DNA of 64,000 nucleotides from Psammoneis japonica (Eukaryota), in assembly GCA_008632985.1 (NCBI GenBank), contig QPGO01000001.1, positions 590,404-654,403 of the forward strand, in the 5' to 3' direction. The position numbers and the translations under genes are program-made. Positions 39,275 to 49,564 of the stretch are shown here, piece by piece (within the stretch, counting starts at the first letter, position 1; every line of letters starts with the position of its first letter). The notes under the pieces were generated by a model. The model made no database searches. It was not told where the DNA came from and was given only the letters and a program-made list of their open reading frames with translations.

Positions 39275-40459
39275 ATGGACAGCTTGTTAAGTTCATTTTT
39301 GGCATGCCAGTAGAAACTTGGTGTTGTGCCACTTGACAATTTCAAGTGTCATGGGACAATGCCTGAAACAGCAGTTGCCCATCAGCTCATTCAAAAATTT
39401 GCACGATGTCAACAGCACTTTCATGATGATGATGTGGCGGCAGCACAAGTGCTTTCCCGCAGCCACACCACAGCACATCTTTCTTGACGTGACAACACAG
39501 ATGATTGTTGATGGCTGATTCAGGAGAATGGCCCATTTTGTGCAAACCACAGGAGTTTTGTTGATGCATGAATCACACACGGTTGGCCTGTCAACTTGTT
39601 CTTGCGGCTGTGTTTCTGTGGGTGCATGAATGGCATGCGGCGCCTTTGCACTGCTGACACTTGCAGTGGCTGGATCCTTTGCATTGCTGCCACTTGTGGT
39701 GGTTGGGAGCCTTTGCACTGCTGCAGATGGTTGACTGGAGCCTTTGTGCCACTGCAGAAGGACAGTTGGGGCACCCGCACCACTTCAGAAAGGACAGTTG
39801 AGCCTTGGCACTGTTGCCACCTTTGGTGGTTGGAGTCTTTGCATTGCTGCCTCTTGTGGTGGTTGGGAGCCTTTGCAATGCTGCAGAATGATGGTTGGAG
39901 CCTTTGCGCCACTGCAGAAGGATGGTTGGGGCATTTGTGCTGCTTCAGAAAGAACAGATGGAGCTTTTGCAGCACGGCCTTGCTTGTGGTGAGTGGGAGC
40001 CTTTGTGCTGCTGAAAAAGGATGGTTGCAGCCTTTGTGCCACTTCAGAAGGACAGTTGGACCATTTGCACTGCTTTAGAAAGGATGGTTAGAGACTTTGC
40101 ATTAAAAAATCCAAGCAATGACAGCCCCACTGCCGGTGGCAACACTTGTCGTGAACCAGCTGCAATCAAACGACAACCATTGAAAATGATGATGAAAATT
40201 GAATGAGTGGGTTTTGCATGCAAGCCAGAACATTGGCACATTGTCATGTGTAGAAACAATGTTGTGGTCAACATTGAATTGGAAGAAACTTCAAATCATG
40301 GCCCCCACTGTTGTGCCATTGTAGACCTGCCCGTGGTTTCTCACATGCTGGTTTGATGGATCTTTGAGATTGCCACACAGAGCCACACAGAAATGAGCAA
40401 GTAGAGTCCCACATGGTTTGCACTGGCATGCCAAAAATGAAACTCGACAAGCTGTCCAT
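39275..40459. mobile_element. ~1.2 kb non-autonomous element with ~37-43 bp TIRs and an internal degenerate repeat array
   Basis: atggacagcttgttaagttcatttttggcatgccagt (39275-39311) versus actggcatgccaaaaatgaaactcgacaagctgtccat (40422-40459). Many ggagcctttg / cagaagga(c/t)(a/g)gttgg units at ~39640-40100. Confidence 0.7.
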
Positions 40460-41159
40460 TGACAAAGTGACTTGTCCACACAGAGAACACAGGACACAGC
40501 AGATGCAAGACATCAGCTAAAACTCTTGACATGTCTTAAAAAAATTCACCAGAGTTGTTTTTGCAACAAGAACTGGAGTTTTTTTTTTGAACATTCTTTG
40601 CATCAACTCTGTGACTGCATGATGCTGTGATGACATGTGTTCAGTGCACATCTTCAAACACCAAGGAGTTTTGATGGGGTCTGATTCATTGGGCGGGTGG
40701 CACAAATTTGATCCTCTGGATTGCATGCCAGAGAACAAGTCACCACCTCATTTTTTCTTGTGTGTCCCTGCAACCTGTGGCATGACACAGAAGAACCCAG
40801 CAATGGCTGAAGGTTTTGAGAAAATTGCGGGTGCTTGTTTCCACACAAAAACAGAGCATGCACACCTCATCTTTTGTGCATTTTGGAGCTGCCTGACAAA
40901 CATGATCTGCAACTGGCAAGATGCCCCACAGAAGCTGTGTTTGCTCAGCTGGTGCCAGCTTTGGGGCTCAGAGACAATGGGAAATCTGTGCCTTGCTTGT
41001 GCCCTGCACACCAGAACAAGACCATGCAGAAGCAAGCCTTGGGTTGTCACTCTGCAAGCCAGGCAGGAACAGTGGTCTCCCTGGCAACTGCCAGAGTGCC
41101 CAGGGGTTGAACAAGCAGTGAAGAGTTCTGGGAGTTGAGTGTCAGAATGCGTGGGTCAT

Positions 41160-41600
41160 CAACTGATGCTGTTGTTGCTGCCATTGTTGCTGTCATTGCT
41201 GTTGCCATCATTGCCATTGCTGCCATTGCTGTTGTTGCTGTTGCCATTGCTGTGGGTGTTGCTTGAAAGTGCAGGGTGCTGTGCTGCTGCATGGTGTTTT
41301 GTGTCAAAGTGCATGGGTTGCCAACTGGCACTGCTGTTGTTGCCATTGTTGCTGCTGTTGCTGTTGCCACCAAAGCCATTGCTGGCACTGCTGTTGTTGC
41401 CATTGATGTGGTCACTGTTGCCACCATTGTTGCTTTCGCTGTGGCAGCCATTGCTCAAAAGTGTGGAGGGCTGCAATGCCGCCACTGTTTTTCACCTCAA
41501 AGCACACACTGCTCAGCTGTTGCTGCTGCAGCTGTTGTTGTTGCTGTTTGCATTGCTGCTGCAGCATTTGTGCTGTTGCTGCTGTTGATGGCACTGTTGT
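41160..41600. repeat. Low-complexity degenerate trinucleotide tract (tgc/tgt/cca)
   Basis: Runs of gttgttgctgccattgttgct. Confidence 0.8.
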
Positions 41601-43354
41601 TGACTCTTGTTTTCATCCGCAAAAGCTGCTCAAAAATGGCATGCTCACACACATTTGACACCTTCTGGCTCCATCCACTCCTTTGTCAAGTGTGAAACCA
41701 CACTGGCACCAGGGTTGCACAGATTGCAATCTTGGACAAAGCTGTCAAGTGTTTTGTTTGGTTGCTGGTTGCTGAAGTCTTGCACCCAATCTTGAGCTTT
41801 GGTTGTCTTTTTGTCATGTGTGGCTCAAGCAATGCTCTTCATGACATGACAGAATCTGCCAAATGACTGGCATGGCATGACACCAGCAGAAGTGAGCTTG
41901 TGATGCACAGTTTGAGGAACAGACAATGGCAACCCAGCTGGCAGGTGCAGCAGTTGCAACACCATGCATGGTGCAGCACCTTGTTCATGCTGCAACAATT
42001 TTTGCAATGCCGCGTGGACAAATCCACTCCAGCCACAGCATCCTTGGCAGCATTGAAGGGCACAGATGGCACAGCATTGACGGCTTGAAGTGCCCCCTTC
42101 CAAAGGTCTTTGGCTCCCATTGTCAAAGTGTCAAGACCATCACATTTGTGGTGGTGCAGTGCTTGGCAAAAGCAAGGTTGGGGCAGTGGATGCCCTGGAA
42201 AAGATTTTGAATGTGACGCATGGCTCGGGTGTGGTGGTGTGAGGGAGGACACTGCTTGTTGCCACACTCCATGCAGAGACTCCTGCAGCACTGGTTCCTC
42301 CTCAATGGCAGGAACAACTCTGGGCACAAAGAAAGGAGGTGTGGAGCCCAGGCCAGGTTGTGTGGCAAAAAACGCTCATGCCAGCAACCTTGCCAGTGCT
42401 GTTGTGTTTGGTTTCATCATGAACATGGAAACTCAAGATGGGTCATCTCAATGACCTTTTGCCATTTTTTGGCAACACACCTGCACATTTTGCCCCCCAG
42501 AGCACACCAAATTTTTCTGCACTGTTGGCCCACATCATTGGTGGGGCACTGCAACTTGCCCCATTGATGCCGATCATTTGCCAAGAACAGCGAGGGGAGT
42601 TGGGGCAGCCTCTTGCCATCGCACATCATCTGTCCACCCACCTTTTCTGCAGGCATCCTCTCCAGGTGCTCAGCCTGCATCACAGTGCAGAGCTGCCACA
42701 TGGCCTCAACGATCAACACATGGATGTGTCCAATGTGCAGAATGCACAAGAGCGCACACACTGTGTGGCACCGCTGAGGCAGCAGCAAGAAAATGGGGCA
42801 CAAATTCGCGGATCCAGCTCTGTCAATTTTGTTTCCCAGCACCATTTGGCTGCTGACACAATGTGCAAAGGTCACTTGGCAGCACATCACAAACTGGGAT
42901 TTTTGCCTCATTGATGGGCGCCACATCTCGTTGCAACCTGTGGCTGGGTTGGCCTGCTGCTCTGGGGTCTCCAGCGGCAGAGCTTCAAAAGTTTGTCTCT
43001 CTCCCTCCCCCATCCTTGGTCACTGCCTTTGGCATGAGGGTGTTGCCACTCCCACAGCTGCCACTTTCAGAGCAAGCAAAAAAGAGCCAGGCTCATGCCT
43101 TGTTTGCCGCGCGCACATTGGCGTGCTGACACAGCAACAAACGACAACAGAGCACAAGGAGAGGGAGCGACAAAGCCCACGTCTCTGCCAAATCGATGAC
43201 CTCTGGATTGGCAATGTTTGTCATGAAAAGTTGTGCTCCACTGCCATGCACATCTTTCTCTGCCGCACGTTCATTTATCTACGAGATGTCACCATCACTG
43301 TTCACAGAGGTTTTGATGCGATGATGATGTATGATGTGCGTCTCTTGTCAATAA

Positions 43355-43372
43355 TGACGTCATAATGACGTC
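43355..43372. promoter_or_regulatory. Tandem TGACGT(C) motifs ~200 bp upstream of the GST
   Basis: tgacgtcataatgacgtc. Confidence 0.3.
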
Positions 43373-43568
43373 TCTTTTTCCGCCCAATCCATCGGCATTT
43401 TTGGTCGATCGAGTCAATCGACAGACGCTGCGCCACAAAAAGCGTGAAGCTTTTTCGAGCCGATGAGCAGAAGATGAGCATTTTCAGCATATTGACGCGA
43501 GGAAAAGGAAGCGACATTCGTAATACAAGAGTTTATGGTATATTCTCGACACAAGAGACAACTCCACG

Positions 43569-44453
43569 ATGAAAAAGCCAATCATTTATCACATTCCCTC
43601 TTGTCCGTTTAGTCAACGAATCGAAATCCTGCTCAAGCTAAAAGGGCTCGATGACAGCGTCGACTTTCAGGTTGTCGACATTGCCAAGCCCGCGGTCGAT
43701 CCGGACCTGGTCAAAAAGACACATGGAGCTGCTGTTTTGTTTCGTGCCGTGGATATTACAAAACCTCGTGACCCCGACTTGTTGGCCAAGGCTCGAGGGA
43801 CGACGGCGTTGCCCATTCTCGAGACCGAAGACGGCAAAATCATCAAGGAGAGTTTGGTGATTATGAGTTATGTGGAAGAGCGTTTCAGCGACAAACCCGT
43901 GGCACGTTTCGATCCGTATGAACGAGCTGTGGAACGAATGATGATTGCTCGGGAAGAACCCTTTTCCCTGGCGGGTTACATGATGATTATCAATACCGAT
44001 CGAACAAAAACCGATGGCTTGCGCAATACCCTTTTGGAACAGTATGCATGGCTTAGTGACTTTCTGGATCACCATAATCCTGGTGGTCTGTGGTTATTTG
44101 AGGATTTTGGTCTCGTGGAATTGGTATACACGCCAATGTTGCAACGATACTGGTTCCTAGAGTACTATGAAGGCTTTTCACTGCCCGAGGAACCTCGGTT
44201 TGCTCGTGTTAAAAAATGGCAACAGGCGTGCGTGAAGCATCCCATGGCACAGCAAACGACATATGAAGAGGTCGTCAAACTCTACTATGACTTTGCTGTT
44301 GGAAGCTTCAATGGAGCCATACCTCCAGGCAGGACCGTGTCGAGCTTTACCTTTTTACCCAGCTGGGAAGGAAGACCCATGCCACCCAAGGACAAGTACG
44401 ACCGAATCGCATCGGATGAGGAGTTGGGACTCCTCAACGGAAGCAAGCAGTGA
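43569..44453 (+). CDS. Omega-class glutathione S-transferase, LigG-like (294 aa)
   Basis: Intact intronless ORF: YHIPSCPFSQR (CPFS), DITKPR...GTTALP, KESLVI, WFLEYYE, KLYYD...NG.IP.GR..SSF, RPMPPKDK...DEELGL. As I recall it, this motif series matches Sphingobium LigG-type GSTs. Confidence 0.9.
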   Translation: MKKPIIYHIPSCPFSQRIEILLKLKGLDDSVDFQVVDIAKPAVDPDLVKKTHGAAVLFRAVDITKPRDPDLLAKARGTTALPILETEDGKIIKESLVIMSYVEERFSDKPVARFDPYERAVERMMIAREEPFSLAGYMMIINTDRTKTDGLRNTLLEQYAWLSDFLDHHNPGGLWLFEDFGLVELVYTPMLQRYWFLEYYEGFSLPEEPRFARVKKWQQACVKHPMAQQTTYEEVVKLYYDFAVGSFNGAIPPGRTVSSFTFLPSWEGRPMPPKDKYDRIASDEELGLLNGSKQ

Positions 44454-44962
44454 TGTTTTTGTTTTGCCTTTTTATTTTGTTCAAGAGGTTTTCTTGCGTG
44501 CGTTATAAAAACACCAGAGCACCACTGTACATAAAATGGGTCTCTTTGAACTTGCCAAACATGTAAATATTTTTTTAGCTAGGAATTTTCCTATCATACT
44601 CTAGATTGAATCATTCATGGATCATTTCTTTTCCATTCGCACCTCTGTTGATGCGTTCTCTAGCTTGAAGACGGTGTTACTTAGGGATGGAGGGGCACAT
44701 CGCTACGGTACAGTATAGCTGTACCAAGAAGTTCAAGAATAACTAGATCGAAGAGCCGGTCGGCGGAAAATGCCCGTCTAATGGGTCAAGTTGGTGCAAT
44801 TTCGATTGAAACAGCTGAGGCGTCACAACGACCCAACAACGAATTGATTTTCCATTTCAGTTAATAAGTAGCTCTAGAGTAGCTACAACCACCACATATA
44901 GTCTAATTTCATAGGCTGCTGCTGTACGTGTCGCTGATGAGGTGCAACGCAGAATCTCACCA

Positions 44963-45961
44963 CTAACAGTTTTCGTTCCTTCCCAAGTCAGAGAGTAATT
45001 TTGAGATATCTGGACATGTTGGGGCTTTGCACGTCGGATCCGGTTCAAGTATAGGAGTATCCTTGCCAGAAACACAGCCGGGCAACAATTCACCAGCCAT
45101 GGGAGGCCCCAGCGTCTCTGGCAGTCTGTACAATTGTGCTTTTTTTCCTCGACAGAGCGGTACCAATAGTTTGGCTGCAGCTAGCCACTCTTTCGAATCT
45201 TGCTCCAGAATAGGGGCACCAACATTGGTTTCCAACAAGTGTTTGTAGGCCCTCTCAAAGCGTTGACAATCAGTGGGGTTATCCCAAGCAGTAGACGACG
45301 TGCAACCGATATTGTATGCGTGATTCATAAAGTAAGACCATCTAAATTCAAAAAACGCCGTCATTCGTCCATCGTCTTTGCACTCTCGGAAGTATCCCCG
45401 CAAACACTTGGAATTGTCCGAGGGACAATCATCACTCTTGACCTTTCGAACCAAGGCAGATAACGAGCGCCACGGATCATCCTTTAACTCGGCAATCGTC
45501 GATGGAATGGCTTTGGAAACATCCTGTATCGGTTCTGGTAGCTTATGGCTTACATCCACACCGACACGGCCCAATCCATTCATAAAGTTGTGCTGTTTCA
45601 TTTGATTGTAAAACTGCTCTTGCGTCAAATGACTCCAGTCGCAAACCTTTTTCAGAGTCACGTGCACGCTCCAATGCCCACAAGCCTCGAGAGCACTCGC
45701 CGTGTGGTGCGAATCAATGAGATATGGAACACCCCTTGGGCCAAGAACAAATGGAAGTAGGCTCTGTGGTTGATTCATTCGTTTCTGTGCCTTTTTCTTC
45801 GTTGTGTAATCCTTTTCTATCTTGCGCTTGACAGCGGCGAAACCGACAGCTTGTTGTGAGGGATGAATTTTGTTGCGTAAACTTTCCCACGTTGCTGCAC
45901 AGGTTTCACCATTTTTCATGGCAAAGAGATTGCCACAAGTGCTAGATGTAGAGGACACCAT
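44963..45961 (-). CDS. ParB-like putative nuclease (ParBc_2-type), 332 aa
   Basis: Intact intronless ORF: IHPSQQAVG, PFVLGPRGVPYLIDSHH, LKDDPWRSLSALVR, FFEFRWSYF. Confidence 0.8.
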   Translation of the reverse strand: MVSSTSSTCGNLFAMKNGETCAATWESLRNKIHPSQQAVGFAAVKRKIEKDYTTKKKAQKRMNQPQSLLPFVLGPRGVPYLIDSHHTASALEACGHWSVHVTLKKVCDWSHLTQEQFYNQMKQHNFMNGLGRVGVDVSHKLPEPIQDVSKAIPSTIAELKDDPWRSLSALVRKVKSDDCPSDNSKCLRGYFRECKDDGRMTAFFEFRWSYFMNHAYNIGCTSSTAWDNPTDCQRFERAYKHLLETNVGAPILEQDSKEWLAAAKLLVPLCRGKKAQLYRLPETLGPPMAGELLPGCVSGKDTPILEPDPTCKAPTCPDISKLLSDLGRNENC

Positions 45962-46176
45962 TCTTTACTTGTAGAGAGGGATTTGATGGGGTGTTGAGAA
46001 CGTTAACACCTAGGGCCCTAACCATCGCAAATCGCAATTGGGCTGCCGCAGGCCGCAGGGCTTCCCTGCTGATTGGTTTCGTAATCTCTGTGAAGAATTT
46101 TTTTATATTATATACATTACTGGATGTTTTTAATCCAATTCCCGTTTTCAAAAATGCTTATCTATAGCCCTGCTTA

Positions 46177-46248
46177 TGCAGTGACCCCCCAAAACGAGGG
46201 TCACTGCCACCGCGCGTGCAGTGACCCCCCAAAACGAGGGTCACTGCA
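46177..46248. repeat. Two identical 31 bp hairpin-forming repeats, 40 bp period
   Basis: tgcagtgaccccccaaaacgagggtcactgc at 46177 and 46217; 10 bp stem gcagtgaccc/gggtcactgc. Confidence 0.9.
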
Positions 46249-46328
46249 GCTGCGTTAAATTCTACGTGTTTGTACCAGGAAAATGTACCTCCAACCTATC
46301 CGGAAGGCGTGAGTAATATTTTATGTAC

Positions 46329-46458
46329 GAGAAAGAGTTCGTTGGGGCAGGCGAACAACATCACTCTACGATGCGACTGGTACAAAATCTACGTAAATGC
46401 ACAGACACGCTCTGGAGCATGTCTGTGCAAATTCGAGCTCGTAAATAATAAGCAGGGA
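46329..46458 (+). repeat. Dispersed repeat, homolog of 32483-32610; this copy retains TpA
   Basis: tggtacaaaa, cgtaaa and aataag here correspond to tggtgcaaaa, cgtgaa and aatgag in the other copy. Confidence 0.8.
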
Positions 46459-47163
46459 CAGCAGCTTACCGGATTTGCAGTGTTGTTTGTTGACACACAG
46501 CACACAGAGAAACACTGCAAAACCGGCAAGCGAGACATCCATTTTTGAGCAAAAGGATGTCACGGTGAGAACACTGGATAAGTTTGGTCGAGTCAGTCGC
46601 ACTTCGAAGAGCCAAACAATTTTTTTCGCTGCAGCGAATGGCACCAGCACATGCAGCATTTTGTGCCGACGGTCTGTCAATGGCAGCGAAGTTTTTTTGC
46701 TGTTCAAAGATCTCGATGCTGAAAACACTTGGGGCCCTGTCAAAAATCTGCTTTCGTCACTCACTGCTGCTCTGCTCTGGCTGCTAGAAAACACCCAGCT
46801 TTCTAGCTGGTGAGTGACGAAAGCCGATTTTTGACATCGTCCATTGTGAAAGCTCCAGAACAAGAGCAAAGAAAACCTGTGTGAGATTTCCAAACCCCGG
46901 ATTGAACGTCACATTTGATGCATTTTCAACCCAGGTGGGTCACTCGGGGACAACACACGAGGTTTTCTACGCAGCTCTGTGTGACACATGCTTTTTTCAC
47001 CGAAATCGTGTGCAATTTTCGAGCTCCCGCGTGATTTTGTCATTTTTCATGTCTCACATCCACAACATCGCGCACACCAGAAAATGGCATGATGCCACTG
47101 CCATGAAGTCGTCAATCACATGCAAACATCCGCCCAGACCATGAAGGTGAGAACACAGCAACA

Positions 47164-47560
47164 GACGGGTTCCAGTCCCAGGTGGGACTCCGTGTGACAT
47201 TGGGCCCGTAGAATTCTGCGTGCGAGCTCCAAAGCAAATTTGTGATGAAATGAAAATGCAAACAATCGCCAACAGAAAAAAAGGCAATTTTGCGAATGCA
47301 TCTCCTCCTTCATGCTTGGAGCACATCGTTGGCAGTTTGCCCGGGCATGTTCTTCAGACATTGAAGAACACACCCAGTGTGTTTTCATTCTCACAAATGT
47401 TGAAAATGTGAAGCCTTTGGCTTTGCAAAACAGGGAGTGTGAAACAATTTCATAGAATGTCACACGTGGAAACGTGCGCGCGCGACATGCGACGCAATCC
47501 AGAAAACTGTTGGTGTCACAGTTCAGCAGTGCGAGGTCCCACCTGGAGCTGGAACGCGTC
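47164..47560 (-). mobile_element. MITE copy B (full length, inverted relative to copy A), TSD aaca
   Basis: TIRs gacgggttccagtcccaggtgggac and gtcccacctggagctggaacgcgtc; aaca at 47160-47163 and 47561-47564. Confidence 0.88.
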
Positions 47561-49336
47561 AACAGGTCAAAATGATGCTGGTCGATGCGACGGTGTCATT
47601 GGAACATTGAGATCATCTGTGCGTTTTGTCTCATGGGGGCCTTTTTAACCAACGTGTTTTTGATGTCTCTTTTTTCTCTCGCTCAGATTGCGCAGTGCAA
47701 TTCTTCACAACACGGGCCTCCATCAACTTGACACCAAGTGTGAAGGATGATTTGCATCTTGATGACATGTTGGAGTAGTTTCATGATGCTTGATGACAAC
47801 ATGTGCAACGCCTTGGCTTTGATGGTGAGTCGTGCAAAACAAATCAGTTTTTGGTGTGGACAACAGAGTGCTTCTGTCATGCTTTTGAGGGTGCAAGATG
47901 ACCCAGAAGCACAGATTTAAGTGAAGTGGGACTCACATTGTAAAGTGTGACAATGGAGCCAATGGCACCCAGATTTTGTGGCCCATTTGCTTCATGGTCA
48001 GCAGAGTTTGTTGTTTGACACTAGAAATTCTGTCAACAATCAACCAATGCATCTGCTTCTGCTGGGCAAATCACTTCATTGCAGCACACCCATCAAAGCT
48101 AAAGAATGTCTCTACAATGTTCAACATGCAATTCACTCTGGACGTCCATGACAGTTGACAAATCTGTTGATCTTTTTGAGGGCTGATCGCGCAGAAAAAA
48201 TGCATGCGACTCAGTTCCCCTGATTTTTCGCATCAACAAAATGGTGCCAGAAGATTCTTCTTTTTCATGTGAGTTCTTTGCACAACAAAGAATCCGGACA
48301 TCCTTTCAAAGCAGTCAAACATGATGAAAGAAACACAAAAAACAGCACCTCAATGTCGTTCCAAAAACTGCTGCGCACAGTTTCCCGTCATTTTGTCACC
48401 AAAAAATCGACTCCGAAAGAGCTTCCTCTTTTTGTCCGCACCCTCCAATGAACAAAGAAGGCTGTCGGCTGTTGAAAACAAACAGATCTGATGAAAAAAG
48501 ATGTAAAAAATGGGGGAAAGTGTGAGCTTGGATCAGAATTTTTTCTCACACAAAAAGCATGGTGACGGAAAACAGACAGATGCAATGATGTCACACCCTC
48601 GCACGCGCGTGACCCACCTGGGATGAAAACACATCATTTGTGATGTGATTGACACTTGAACACAAACACAAAATTCAATCAGAAAAAGGTGAACACAACA
48701 GTTGTTTTTGCTTAAATGCCAAATTTTCAATGACAAACATTCACTTTCCGCTCACTCTGACTGACACAACAGGGTCTGCGAGGTCATCCTGAAAAAACTT
48801 CTCAACCATTGACAGACTGTCGGCATGTTGTTGCAGCTGCAATTTCTTGTGTTTTAATTTGAATGGATGAACAACTGCAATGTTCTTTGTGTCCTGAGTG
48901 ATGTTTGTTTTGATCTGAGTTGTTGCACGTTCTTTTTTGTTGTTGTGTGTTTGTGGCTGGCGGAGGTTGTTGCACTGTTGCACAGATTTTGTTTGCAACA
49001 ATTTGCAATTGTTGCAGTTGAGAAAGAGTGTGCAATGTCATCAAACAATGGTTCGACAGGCTGCAATGTTGATTCGTTTGCCGATCTTGGTCCAGGTCGA
49101 GTTTTGAAGATTGATGAGAAAGAGGTTGGTTTCTCATTCAGGATCTCACTGACTCCAGCACCGATGATCCTTTTGCTCGGAAGAAGGATCCTGACTGCCA
49201 AGATGATGCTGGAGATCCAGTTGTCATGGAGACAGTCACTGAGAAGTTGAGGGTGTGGAGGAACACTTGTGGTTGGGATGGCAGTGAACCGCATCCTCAT
49301 GAGAGTGTTGAAGCTGATGCTTCTTCTTCAAAGCAC

Positions 49337-49564
49337 GACAAGCTCCAGCTCTGGGTGGGACCTCGCACTGCTGCACTGTGACATCAACAGTTTTTTGGAT
49401 CATGTCGCATGTCGCATGTGTGCATTTCTGCATGTTGTGTTCTACAAAATTGTTTCATGCTCCCTGTTTTGTGATGCCAAAGGCTTTCTGTTTTCGACAG
49501 TTGTGAGAGTGAAAATGCACTGGGTGTGTTCTTTGGTGTCTGTGGAACACACCCGGGCAAACTG
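49337..49564 (+). mobile_element. MITE copy C (truncated, left ~230 bp)
   Basis: ccagctctgggtgggacctcg...gccaaaggctttctg...cccgggc is colinear with 8453-8680. Confidence 0.8.

Larger units (their letters stand above)
37140..43260 (-). mobile_element. Heavily decayed repeat region, possibly a MULE-like element with SWIM and Ulp1-like remnants
   Basis: Extreme TpA and CpG depletion. Weak motifs only: VDLSTRHC (SWIM-like, ~42000) and LQLDSVLCQCGLF (~39230-39270). Confidence 0.3.

Noticed and set aside
39640..40100. CRISPR-like repeat-spacer array
   Set aside because: Units are degenerate and contiguous with no unique spacers, and lie inside a TIR element.
43300..46200. Bacterial contaminant contig segment
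   Set aside because: Contiguous with repeat families found elsewhere in the window, and no operon structure; read-level confirmation is still needed.
46177..46248. CRISPR array
   Set aside because: Only two repeats with a 9 bp spacer, no cas genes, and a eukaryotic context.
47690..47830. piggyBac-like C-terminal Cys-rich domain (RRCTCC...GPCCEELH, minus strand)
   Set aside because: Cys content is inflated by the mutation process and no transposase core is recognisable.
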